From contig JBLDXI010000017.1 of NCBI GenBank assembly GCA_047495785.1, positions 1,302,001-1,366,000 of the forward strand: a stretch of 64,000 nt of DNA, written 5' to 3'. Position numbers and translations under genes: made by a program. This DNA is from Lepidodermella squamata. Taxonomy: Eukaryota > Animalia > Gastrotricha. The notes under the pieces are model-generated. The model searched no databases and was not told the DNA's origin. It saw only the letters and a list, made by a program, of their open reading frames with translations. Positions 22,611 through 35,168 of the stretch are shown here, one piece after another; position 1 is the stretch's first letter; each line of letters begins with the position of its first letter.

Positions 22611-23878
22611 ATGGCGAATCATACAGACAGCAGCGCATTCTGGCTTACTGAATGTACTCCTAAAGCACTCCTCTTTCAAAACTTCGATACCACGGTAACA
22701 CTTATGTTTCGCAATGCCGATCCGAGCCAGCTCTTTGTGATCAAGCGTACAAAGCTCGATCGCTACAGCAGAAGATTTGACCATCCTTTAACCAGTTTGA
22801 CCTCTTCGATGATTTTGGGTGCTTCGGCCACTTTGGGTCTTTCGACCTCTTTCAGCGCTTTGAGCAGTTTGGGAGCTTCGAGAACCATGGGCTTAGGGGC
22901 TATAGGCACGAGCGGTTTCGCCATGAGCGCACGTGCGATAGATGAAGCGAAAGTCTTGAGAGCGTTCAATCACCCAAATATAGTCAAATTACTTGACAGC
23001 TTTGGTAGGAAAAAATGCTACTTGAAAATCAATACTTAGCTGCTTTTATTCATTACTATACTTCAAAGTTAGAGGTGGTGAAAACTTCCTTTGTTTGGAG
23101 TTTTGTGACAGGGGCGACCTTGAAAAGGTGATCCGATCAAGAAACGAACAAAAATGCGGTCCATTCCCTGAGAATTGGGTGAGCACAAACGCAAACTTTT
23201 CTTTATATCATTTTATTAGCATAACACGTAAAGATTAGATCATGGGTTACACAACTCTTCAATGGTATCCAGGCTGTTCACTGTCTGAGTCGTTACCATC
23301 GGGATATATCGGCTACAGTATATTTCCGCATTTCTCAGTAGCAAAAATAAAAAATTGTTCATCTTTTTTTCCTGCCATAGAACGTCTATCTCACAGATGG
23401 GGGGAAAACACTGAAAATAGCTGACTTTGGACTGAGTCGAAGGACTAACGACCAGCAAGATGGTGTGCGGAGAGATGGCGGAACGACTTATGGTCAGCGA
23501 TATTATTTGGATCCGATGTTAATAGAGGGCTTGACGTATGATGAGGCTGCAGAAGTTTATGCTCTGGGCGCTTTGGTCTGCTACATGGCTACCAGAGACA
23601 AGAAGACAACCAACGTGCCTGAGGTATACAGCCCGAATTTAACACTTCTAATTCAACAGATGATGTTGTCTGAGCGTTCTCAACGTCTACGAATTTCCCA
23701 ATTGCACACTTTTGCGTGGTTAAAGGAGCAAACATCATCTGAGTGCGACGCCTCTGATGAACGACCGTGGTTGGATCCTATAGAATATCCGGCACCACCA
23801 CCAGCAAACCTGTCGTCGGCATCACAGCGGGATGCAGTCGATGGCGAGGTTGTCGACAACGTCTCTCTAGATATTTGA
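22611..23878 (+). CDS. Atypical Ser/Thr protein kinase, NEK-like; 4 exons (22611-23004, 23069-23178, 23234-23317, 23381-23878)
   Basis: FVIKR...EAKVLRAFNHPNIVKLLDSF|VRGGENFLCLEFCDRGDLEKVI...PFPENW|IRSWVTQLFNGIQAVHCLSRYHRDISAT|NVYLTDGGKTLKIADFGLSR. HRD and DFG are intact after splicing. Confidence 0.85.
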
Positions 23879-25765
23879 GTCGCTCAGAGGGCTTTGATCG
23901 AAAAAAATAACAGTATCATAAATTTATAGTGCGATTTATATTTTTTATATAGCACATAAACCTAATGATTTATCGACGCTTTTATATCATCGTCTGTCTT
24001 AATCGACAACATGTAAACAATTGTGTTTCTTTTAAAACATATCCCCAATAATGTCAGACATGCATTATAATGCAATATTACCTGACATTCGTGCTAACTT
24101 GTAGGTGCTACCTAAATTACTGCAACTCGTAGCTTTCGTTATGCGTATTTTAATTTTCTATACCATTCATCTCGTTCATAGTTTTCGTTTCATTATCTTC
24201 TTTCGAGATACGCGCAAAAGTATAGCATTGAGCACGCAGGTGTACAACTGCCTATCATGTCTGCGTAACTCGTAACTCGTAATAACCAATGGATTTTTAA
24301 CAGGTCCGATTCGTTATTTTCAATAAAAACCATTTTCAATAAAATTGAAAATAACCATTTCAGACCAATCGCCAGAAACGACTGCAGAAGAGCTCCAGAA
24401 TGAAAGCTCGAGAATAAATAACCGACCAGGGCATATTCCGACTCAGAAGACGATGGCGATTTCAAAAGTATTTTTTCGAGAGCCCCGGATTTAATTTGAA
24501 TTTAATGGAAAAAGAGTATTTATAATGTGAAAAAGAGTGGATAATGGCAGAAAAAAGTTTTAATGTAAAAAGGAGGAATTTAATGGGAAAAGAAGTGAAT
24601 ATAATGTCGAAGTATATTTCCAAAGATGAGGACGCAAACGCGTTTTTGCGACGCCGGGGCTATATATGCGCCAGTTTTTATGCGAAACTTAGCGAAATTT
24701 CATTGATAAAAAGCGTGGGTGAATTTGTTTTGAATTTTTTTCGATGAAAAAAATGAAAATCAATATTTTATCTACAGCGCCGCTTGTGTCAATTCTTTCA
24801 ATTCTTTCAGATCCGACATTTCCGACAGTTCTGACAGTTCTAACAATTCCAACAATTTGCATTTTTTCACTCAATTGTTTCAAACATCGCGTTTTTCATG
24901 CCTTTTTGATAGTTCTCCAGATTTTTATCAAGGGCGTTAATTACTCTCATTCTCCCAGAAAGTTTTCCATCAATTCATAAAACTAACAAATAATTGGGCT
25001 ACGGAAGATGTGGCAAAAGGAAGAGGCGGGATGACAAAAGACTGGCTAACCAGGCTGCTCTTTGCAACAAGAGCGAAAAGTTATTTTTAAAGACTGCGAT
25101 CATTTTTGCGATGAAAGCTACCCAAAACAGCGTGGAGAGTGTGCTTATGCGCTCTAGATGAAAATTTTGCTCTAAGCCGGACTTTTTGACGTTGAGAGAA
25201 AACCTTTTATTGGTATACTGTGTTATATACAAACTATAACATTGCCTTTGAGACACAGGATTATAAATTATTAAGTTTATAATTTGATGAGATTAATTGA
25301 TGAATTAATTGCTTGATTGATTGATTAGTTAGCGTCTTTGAGTAGGTTGGCTATTTGAGTAAAGATGATTATTCAGGATCCTAATGCTATCCTTAAGGAT
25401 TTGATGGGCCATATCAACAGCTGTACTGCTGCTGATTCCGTAATCTAAAAATCGGTCCGGCTTAACGCAAGTCCGGCTTATGTCGCAAAACTACTGTAAT
25501 TATTTCGTCCAAAAATGGATTTTCCAAACTTTCTGAAATTTCCCGATTCATTTGAAAAAAATCGAAATTAATGCCCATAAAACTCTCCGTGATTTTCAGT
25601 ATAAAGCCTGGCAATCACTTTGCGAACAACACATGATCATGATTAAACAAATTATTCGAAAAATGGCACTTTTAATCATTTGCGTTTGGTGCCAACTATT
25701 AAAATTTGGTTCCGCCAAAAGATTTTACATTTCTGGTAGCGATTTTACAAACTGGTATTCACGTT

Positions 25766-25839
25766 AAATAGGAATAAATAGGATAAAGGTATAAAGGATA
25801 AAGGATAATAGGGTAATAGGGTAATAGGATAATAGGATT
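25766..25839 (+). repeat. Short tandem repeat of 7-8 bp units (GGATAAA / TAATAGGR)
   Basis: aggataaaggtataaaggataaaggataatagggtaatagggtaataggataatagga. Confidence 0.75.
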
Positions 25840-25962
25840 CAGCTAAAACAGTTGGTAAATTTCACTTTTGCAAGTCACTTGAATAAAAAATTGATTATCG
25901 ATAATAATAATCAGCAGATAATGTCGCCATAGACAATGTGATCTTAATTAACGTTATAGATA

Positions 25963-27385
25963 TCAAAAAGCGATAAGATTAAACTTTTGATTAAGAGCAA
26001 GCAATTCTTTGCTTTGGACAGGCGTCATAGTTACCATACGGTCCCGGAAACTGAGATATCTATCTGGCTGTTCCACTGGTCGCAGCACATTCGGCAACGA
26101 GGTCAACGAACCAATGGGAAATTCACTGACTTCCAGGTAGAATTTCATCGAATTTTCAATGCGCCCTTCGCGGTTGCACACGAATACGTCACGATCCATG
26201 CCACATAGTTTACCATTGTTGGCTTGAATGGCTACGGTTTTGTTGCCTTCGACGCGAATCATCAAGAAGGCCTCGCTTTGACTGAGATTAAGCGACTGAC
26301 TAACTTGAACAAGGCCGTTGCTATTGGCAGTCATGTAGCCGGTATCAAATCGAAAAGCTACCAACGACGAGTTGGCAGCCACCTTATCGACATCAATTTT
26401 TGTGTTCGAATCAGCACTATTAGCTGATTGCTTGGCTTCCGTGTAAATAAAGTGCGGAAGGCTCGAAAAGGATTTTGCTGTCAATTGGCTGATCAGCTTA
26501 GCTTTGATGGGGCCTAAGGAACTTGCAGCAGCACTGCCAGCCGCTCCCATTCCGCCTGAGACCCCGGCGAAAAGACTTGTTAACAGGATCTCTTCCGCCT
26601 TGAGCCTAGCCATTTTGCTGCGAATCGCTGGGTCTTTAATTTCAGTAGCAATCGCGGCCTCAACGGTTGTGCCTATCGCTGCGCCAACCATCGATGTCGG
26701 AATTGCGCAAGCTGCGGCTGCGGGGCCGCATGCCAAACTTGACAAGGCGCCAGCCACAGCGATTGCCGAGTTTGCGCCCTTAGCTGCCGCTCTGATCGCA
26801 TGGTCCTTATTACCAGCAACGGCGTGAAACGGAGCAGCCACCAAGCCACCTCCTGGTATTAAATTTTCTGCGACCTGACACACAAAAAACTTCATATTCA
26901 AAACTGCAAATTAATATTTCATAGCGGGAAAATCCAATGCTTTTTTTATGAGTGATTTTAAGATTTTTACCCTATTTTTGGTAATCGAATAATTTTTTGC
27001 ATAAAGTTGGAGAATTATCGGGGAATTTTGGACTCTCATTTGCATATGCGGAGAGTCATTTCAGTTTTTTATTGACCCTCGAAGTCGCCCAACTTACCTT
27101 GGTTATCGGACCATCGCGATTGCAAGCGCCTGGAATACCACAGGCGGCATTGACTACAGCACCGGCAGGGTTCGTTATACTGAAAGCTCCTCGCATCGCC
27201 GCCATTTTTGCCTCCTCCTTATTACCGGCAGCAGCGTGGATCGGTGCGGTGAGTAAGCCACCTCCAGGAATGGCCTCTACCGTTTTAGTCAACCAGCCTC
27301 TCTTTGAAACCGGGTTGCCGCAAGCTTTTGAACGAGCTACCATCGTAGCAACTAAGAAAAAACCAGCTATCAGCAGATATTTCAT
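25963..27385 (-). CDS. Secreted protein: signal peptide, two IPGGG..H...GNK helical repeats, Ala/Gly hydrophobic segment and fascin-like beta-trefoil; exons 27385-27098, 26874-25963
   Basis: Strong AAG|GTAAGT donor and CAG acceptor in phase 0 join the two track ORFs. Signal peptide MKYLLIAGFFLVATMVA. The C-terminal VAFRFDTGYMTA...EAFLM...VAIQANNGKLC pattern resembles fascin-type trefoil repeats. Confidence 0.75.
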
Positions 27386-28043
27386 GGCTTTAGAACTTCA
27401 AAAAATGATAGGTTTCACAAACGTTATGTAAAAACGAACAGCGGGAATTGGATTCTTATCAACAATGGCGATCGCTTTTATTCGGTCAGCATGTAAATTA
27501 TTCCATTTTTTTAATTAATAGATGCAAATTCTGACAGAGTGGTCATCCTTCCTAGTCGACTCATTCACCCAGAGATGAAAAACAGGAAGCGAAGTTGTTT
27601 TTTATTTTGCCTATTTTAACACATAAATCACCATATGATTACCTGCGCAATTAATTTCGCATAGCTAATTTATTATAAAAAATTCATAATACAACTTTTT
27701 ATTTCAGTTCCACTAAGCTACTGCTATGTAAAAAGATCAACTTCGGGCGTACCAAACTCGAAATTCCCAAGCCAAAAACTTCAAAAAATTTACCGAAAGA
27801 TACCGAAAAAAATCGCACATTCAGTACACCTTATTTGAAAAAAAATCGATTTCTCACAGCTCAATTTTTATTCCGGGTCATTTTTTCCTAACTTCATTCA
27901 CTAACACTAAATTCGACTTGGTCAAGGGATGAAATGAAATATGGCGAACACCATCATTTTCTTTCAAAAAATGGGAGCTAATCTGCTGCTTCTTAGAACG
28001 AGTCTATTGGGGCAGTAACGGACGGATTGGCTTTTCATTTGCG

Positions 28044-29057
28044 TTATTCCTTCTTGTTGGTGCGGAACTGCTGGAAGCGTGACATGAAGTCTGGCGCGTT
28101 GAAGCTCGGGAACGGCATTGGCGGCCTGACTGGTTTCTGGGTGTTGCCATTACCAGTGCTGGCTTTGTTCATCGCAGCAGTGGTCGTGTCATCATCATCG
28201 CTGCTGCTGCTAGCATCCATATCTCCAGGCATCATTGGTGGCATGCCCATCGGAGGCATGAATGGTGGTGGCATACGGCCGGCGCCCTGCTGCTGCTGTT
28301 GTCCGCCCATCATTGGCGGCATCGGGGGTGGCGGCATGCGGCGGAACATATCGGTGATGTTGACGCCGCAAACATCGGCGCAAGAAATCAGCGAGTTGAA
28401 GTTGTTGCCATCGGTGGTTGCCTTGCAGCCAATGAAAGGCTGGCACGTGTTGCCGGTCGAGTTGTAGAACCAGCGGAGTTGAGTCTTCGAGAAATCACCA
28501 GGGCAAAGATCATCCAAGCGGAACGGCTTGCTCGAGCAAACTAAAAAAATTAATTGAAAATTGATCAAAATAAATTTGTTAAATAGTCATTTTTTAATTA
28601 AATTAAATTTTAAAATTAATTTTCAAAATTAATTAAAATTTCGAATTTCGAATTAAAATTTTAACATTTAGTTCAATTTATTTTTAATAAAATTTCAAAA
28701 TTTTCGTTTATTATTTTAAAGTTTTTATAATTTAAAATAATTACCAGCTTTGTCGGGTTGAGTTTCATTGTCATCTGGCTGGGGTGGGCGCATCATTGGG
28801 GGCATGAAAGGCGGCATCATGGGTGGCATTTGACGAGGCATACCGCCGTTTTTGTTGCCATTTTCGTTCATCATCATCGATGGGTCCATCATCGGCGGCA
28901 TCATGCCGTTCATTCCCATGTTCATACCACCCATCGGACCGTCCATTGGCGGCCACTGGGGACGCTCGTTCTCGCTAGCGGCGTCGCTGCTGGCACGAGG
29001 CGGCATTTGAGCCGCGGCCATGCCGATCATGGCCATTAAAACTACTGCCTTTGACAT
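28044..29057 (-). CDS. Secreted Kunitz/BPTI-domain protein with Met/Pro/Gly-rich flanks; exons 29057-28745, 28540-28044
   Basis: Signal peptide MSKAVVLMAMIGMAAA. Six-Cys Kunitz pattern C..C..RWFYN...C.PF.GC....GNNFNS...C...C. Confidence 0.85.
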
Positions 29058-29667
29058 GTTTTCGAAATTTTGTTATACTACTACAACTGAAAATTACTCG
29101 AATGCTGGTACCTCTAGGCAGAAATAACCATTTTATATATTGAACCGGCGTTATTCGCGCTTGGTGACCTAGTCCCTAGTTGCAAAAAAACCGCAAGGAT
29201 GCCGAGTGCACACAACATTTTTAAAGGTATTTACTCTTCTCGAGGTTAGATACCGGCCTGCGAAGTAGCGCGCCGTTTACTCAGTGGAAATTCGCACCTT
29301 TTAGCGCATCGTTTGCCTGAAGAGACAAGCAAATAAAAAAATGCGATCAGCCCGGTGTCTATCTCTCCTACTGGCGCGGGTGCAAACAAAGAAGTTGCGA
29401 ATGTTTTTTTACACGACCTTTTGTTAAACAAAATTCAGTATCTACCTCAACAGTTTATTCTTTCAATCCAAGCTATATAAAAGTTACCGTGTCTTCTGAA
29501 AAATTTCTGAAATAAAGGTTAAAGATTGCCTATCAAGCAAGTAAGTGTTTTATATTGAAAGAACGAAGAGAGACAGTTATCAGATTTTTTTATCAATATG
29601 ATGGATGTAGGTTGAATAATCATCTGATTAGCTCGTCACCTGATACATGTCAACTTGATTTATAATA

Positions 29668-29829
29668 CAGTGGAACCCCGATTTCCCGTCTGCGATATGT
29701 GAATAAGTATTTAGGAGCGGCTTGGACTCGCAGAGGCCAATTACATGCAAAACTACCTAGATTTCCCGTCAGGATTTTCCTTCAGGATTTTCGATGAACC
29801 GTAGAAGACGGGAAATCGGGGTTCCACTG
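29668..29829. mobile_element. Tc1/mariner (pogo/Tigger-like) MITE with CAGTGG termini
   Basis: 24 bp perfect TIR CAGTGGAACCCCGATTTCCCGTCT / AGACGGGAAATCGGGGTTCCACTG. TA on the left, CA (mutated TA?) on the right. Confidence 0.88.
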
Positions 29830-32091
29830 CAATCTTCGCATTAGTAATTGGACATTTGAAAGCCTGGGAAAATGGCGCAAATCGCGACATGTATCTGTTA
29901 ACCCTGAAAAATCGGAAAAAATGTAGGTCATCAAGGCTATTTGATAAAAAATAAACCTATTCGATGTGACCGGAAAATTGGCGGCATCATAATCAACAAG
30001 ACAAAATGCCTACAATGTAATTATTTTTAGGAGTTGGTTGATAGAAAAAAACCTCTTACCTGAGCATTGGCAATGAAAAACACTTGATCATCGGTAAATT
30101 GACGCCTCAATATTGGGACGAGCTTGGAACTTGCCAAGTTTGAATTATTGTTCATCTTAAAGGCATTATAAGCCATATGGACGCTGAAACTATCAGCTGA
30201 AGTTTCTTCAGGGAAACCTAAGACTAAACGAAATTTTTTGAAAATTTCAGTAATTGTTTGCAAATTTTCCGTCTTACTTTTCAAGATTTGTCCAAGATCG
30301 TTGCCAATAATTGAACCGAGACTACCGAAGTTCAAAGCATCGGGGTAAGCTGCGTCGAAGAATGGCGGGGCAATTTTAGAACGAATTGAATCGGCAATCC
30401 GATCGAAAGGTCGTTTGATTTGATGTCGAACATCATTCTGGTACAGCGAAACAAGATTTAACACAAAATTATCGCCCATAGCCAATGCTTCGTAGTAATC
30501 ATCCTGCAATGACGAGTTGATTCGGCTGGAAATTTCCGTCAAAATAACATCGATATTCCCATTTAAATCCGCTACAGTCAAGTTTGAGGTTTTGTTCGCA
30601 GAGCGAAATTCGTCCATAATTTTGTTGAACAGCAGTAAATTTTCATCCTTGATGTTAAAATTTGCTGCATTCATCGCAAATTTGAGCCAATAATTCGTTA
30701 ATTCTTCACAAGATCGATTCTCGGCTGGTTGGAAGGTTTCAAGAGCTTTGAATACCATGAAGTTATGCACCACTCGTTTTGTCGATTCATTCGCCAATTT
30801 TTCAACGAGAAAATCGTTAAAGGCATTCAGATTTTGCGGATTTGAAGCCAGGTACAAAGAGTAATTGGATTCCAGGAGTGCTTTAGATCGAAAAGTGGTG
30901 AAATAATGATACCAATCAATAACAGGAACCAATTCATCCAGGTCAGAAGAGTTGAAGATCCGCGTTTCATTCCCAGGAAAATTCAGTAAATCCTTGAGAT
31001 TTTTCTCCATCTCATAAATCGAAGTTAGATTCAAGTCTGGCGGGAAAATAGATGGCGTTGGATCTCCTTTCAGAATCGGAACTTCAATTTCTAGCGAAAT
31101 ATTGAAAAAGTTCGATCGAAATTTCAATGGCCATCCGATGTTGAATTGCGAGAGCTTCGCAAATGTTTCATTGAAATCAGGAACGGTTTCATTGTCAGCA
31201 ATAAAACCACCCATCTCTTCTACGATCTTCTGTAACCCAGTTAAAGTAGATTGCCAGTCCTGATTACGACAGCTCTCCAATAATTTTCGCAAATTTTGGC
31301 TGATTTCAGGCGAAATGCTTGGCATTGATTCGTTTGATTGAAGGAAAGACATAAATGTTCGCTCATTATCAGCCGATTTTTCTCTTTCTGCGGGCGTCGA
31401 ATTTCCGCAGGAAAATTGGTAAAAATCCCGGCATGGATCGGCGCTAAAATTCATGGAATTTTCCATAACCAATAGGCGATTCGCACGGTCTTTAAAAAAA
31501 TAGTTTAAAAATTTTAAAAATTAAGGAGGAATTTTTCTACCGATATTAGTGATATTGGCAATAATTGACGGCGTAGTAGTGACATTTTGTGGCCGCCCTG
31601 TTGTTGTCGTCATCATCAGCGTAGTATTCGAAACGGTTACATTGATATTCGGTACTTGAGTTGTAGTTACGTTCATTTTCATCGATGACGTTGTAGGCCT
31701 TGCCGTGGTTGTTGGGTGACCAGCCGTAATTTTCGGTCGGGATGAAGTAGCCGAGAAATTGGCTGAAGTTTCATTGAATATGTAAAACCGAATTACAGTC
31801 CTCTTGTTAGCTGTTATCACAACGCCAGCTAAAAGGCAGCATAGGCTGAATAGAGCAAGCACTAGGATGAACAGAGCGATAAGTCGTTTCCTTGTAAAAT
31901 AATTCCCTGAAAATAATTTTTTTAAATTTCCACCCATTTTAGTTGTAAAATTGTATACCTAAAGCAGCCGGAATTAATCTTATTTTTGTGAAAGCTCCTT
32001 CCAATGTCGACGGGGTAACTGCGACCATTTCACCATCAGCGACGTAGTAGACCCTGGCATAAGGACTCGGTCTACCAAAAAGCGTTCCCAT
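29753..32091 (-). CDS. Neprilysin-like (peptidase M13) type II membrane protein lacking HExxH (pseudopeptidase)
   Basis: N-terminal TM and Thr-rich stalk, then MNFSADPCRDFYQFSCG, PPFFDAAYPDALNFGSLGSIIGNDLGQ (HExxH replaced by NDLGQ), FTDDQVFFIANAQ|AFC, RVN...FSQAFKCP. Multi-exon; the stop is predicted inside the MITE. Confidence 0.8.
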
Positions 32092-32430
32092 CTCGTTTTT
32101 ATTTTTTTTCGGAACAAAATACAAGAGTAATAAGCAGCAGATGATGTTATTATAGTATAATATGAAGATTTTAAACCCTCTTGCACGATCGATAATTCAG
32201 TAGAAAACTTGAACACGCATTTTATCGGACTGTTCAACTTCCTGACAGGTAATCCGATATTTGATTTTTTTTCCTTTATAGTATAAGCGATGAGAGAGGA
32301 GAGTCGTGATGTTTGTAGCAAAAGCATCGCATAGTATGTATTTCAGTGCTGATATTAGGGATGGAAACGACGCGCATGTGTTATAATGTTTTAGTTAAAT
32401 GAGCAAGCACGTTTGCTGCGATTGAAACTC

Positions 32431-35168
32431 CTAAAAGAATTCACACTTTGGTAAATTCATCGGTGAGCTCGCAGGACATCTGAACACCTTGAAAAAATCG
32501 ATCGATTGTGAAGCCGCGATGTTAATCCTGGAAAAATAATTACAAAAATGATCAATAATTATCAATATTGCCACCACCAAAACTGAAGGTCCAGCAATAG
32601 GTCTTCTATTAGGAAAATTGAGATTCCAACCTCCAAGAACCTTAATTTGGGGCCTTAGTAGTGCTGGAACCCTTCATTTAGGGTGTGGATTATGCCCTAA
32701 ATGATTAAAAAAATTACCTGTAAGGGCCAGGTGGATGAGAGCTGTATCGCAACCAATACAGGGTGGTCAAATCCGTGTAAGAAAAGCAGTCTTTCTGCTC
32801 GGAAAAAGCTCAAATTAGGCAAATTCTCCCGAATTTTTCAACTTTCAAACCTGTGCGAAAGCGATGAAAAAGGTTTGATCGCTCGAAAATTTGCGCTTTG
32901 AAACCGGCAAAACAACCGAATTGGCTGATGGCGTCGTCAAATTTTTGAACAAATCAAAGGCCAAATCAAGGCCTTCGATTTCCGCAATGTTTTCGCGAAT
33001 AGTTTGCCGGCTTGGATATCTCGTCCCATTGAATTGTAGGTTGCTTGTAAAATTCGAGACACACTGCTCAAGCCAAAGCAAGAAAACGTCCTGACCCAAT
33101 CGGTCATCTGTACAAGAAATCATAAAGAAATGCTGATAATTTTCATAATTTCAAACCGTGTAGAAGATGCATCATTTCGTGCATCATCGATTGAGCTATT
33201 GCGCCGAAATTGAACGCGTCAATGTAATTAAGGTCGAAAAATGGCGTGTGAAGCAGGCTCGCGAACAGTTTTATCATGTCGTAACTGACCCAAGCGTTGA
33301 GTTCAGACAAACCTACATCGGAATTGGTCATATATTCCCGCAAAAGATCGACTTGATCCCGCAGGTTGAACCTTTTGAAATACAAAAATCATCATTCAGC
33401 CTTCAGCTGTTAAATACTGACTCACTTGTACATTTCGATCGAGTTTTTGACGTAGCTGTCAGAGAAGGTTAGCGAATCGTAGTGATTATCAAGCAGGGTG
33501 ATGTTCCAAATCTGCCACGGTCGGCCGATTTTGAATTTCCAATTTTTCAAATTTCGCAAAACATCTCGCCTTTTCCAGGTGGATAAGTAGGTCGAGTTTC
33601 TGACAACGTAACGGAAAGCTTTCCAAGCTTCGGCAAACATTGAAATCGCCTTCGATTGCATTTCCTCAGAAACAAGCAGGGCACTAGCGGCGTACGACAT
33701 CGCCTCGACTGTGGCATCGGTACACGACTTTTTCGTTATCGGACTCAGAGGGATGTGAGGGGTGGTCGCTAGGAAAACCAACGTGTTATGAAGAACTCGT
33801 CGACCTTTCGCGCTGGAAAGTTGCTGTTTGAAGAAACTATTCAACCTTGTGATGTACAGCCGATCTTCATCTGTCAAAAATTCCATGCGAAATTCCAACA
33901 CTTTGTCATCGATATGAGTGAACACGGTTTTCAGCATCCTGTCCCAGTCAACCAATGGCGCTAGATTTTGAAGTTCTGACACATCTACCGACGTGTTTTT
34001 CGCATTTTGAAGGCGGCCAATGACGTAGGATCCAACTTCTTTGATCGACTTAAGTTGCGCCACAAGTTCGCGAATCGCTGCAAATTCCTCCTCGAAAACT
34101 TGAACCGAATTCTTGTTTGGCAATGGGACAATCTTTTTAGCTAGATCGTACATGGGTATATGATTGTGATGTCGAGTAGTCCCGGTCGACAACTGAACTA
34201 GCAAATCATCCGGGCTAACACTCATCGAATCGTAAGTGACGTGAATTTGCACCAAGGCAGCTACATTAAATTCCGCTAATTTCGCAATTGTTGTATTAAA
34301 ATCAGGTACAGTTGCGTTTAGGGTTTCAGGGGTCAACATGAAACCACCCATCCGATCGATTATTTGCTTCAAATCCGCGACAACCCGCTCGTCAGTCTTG
34401 TTCGCATTGACACAGGCGTCGTATAACTGCCTCATTTTCGCTAGGGTCGCCACGCCGAGTCGGTCTGTTTCATTTCCGAATTCGATGTGGTCAAGCAGTC
34501 GCCGGTGGTTGTATTTGCCCATTAACTCAGCAACGGTCATGCCTAATTCGCCGTCTTTCCCAGGTGTGCTGTACTGCTTGAAATTGCCGCACGCGAATTC
34601 GTGGAAATTTTCGCATGGACTCACGCTTAAATTCATGTATCGCTCCATCATCGCAACTCGATCTCTGCATTCGTCGGATAAATCGCAGTTCCAAGAAGTT
34701 TCCTCCGAGGCGTAGGCGTCGTAGTAGATTTCTTTCAGGTCATCACAACACTCAACCGGCGGCGTGTAAGGCCGGATCCAGCTTACTGTTGTAGTGTTGC
34801 CCCAAGTTTTGTTAGACCGGTTCGAAGCCATGTCATAGTCATCGACAGTCATGTTGAGTTTCATGAATACAATTTGATCGTTAAGGCGCATCAAACCGCT
34901 CATAAGGACTAGTTGGACTATCAACACGACCAATGCTATGAGTGTCACAGCGGCTGCCCCGAGGATGACAGCTCTTCTAGCCACAGGTTGACCTAATTAA
35001 GCCATTTAAATTGGGGCGTTGAAGGATTTATTTTAGCTCACATTTCTCCTCAGTTCTGCAGGGGACCTGTTGTAAATCGTTCGTTTGCGATATTTGAATA
35101 GCATCGGCTTGAGAGACGTACAGAACCCTATCGTAAGGCACTGATGGTGACGAATAGCGAGCTCCCAT
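32431..35168 (-). CDS. Neprilysin-like (peptidase M13) type II membrane metallopeptidase, probably active
   Basis: TM AVILGAAAVTLIALVVLIVQLV, then MNLSVSPCENFHEFACG, NAWVS, NFGAIAQSMMHEMMH (HExxH), ENIAE, DQTFFIAFAQ, HPPGPYR|IN, FRCPASSPMNLPKCEFF*. Confidence 0.9.

Noticed and set aside
24193-25256. Short ORFs and a 9 bp-period tract (~24790-24860)
   Set aside because: No consistent spliced frame or motif could be built; a gene is not excluded but is unsupported.
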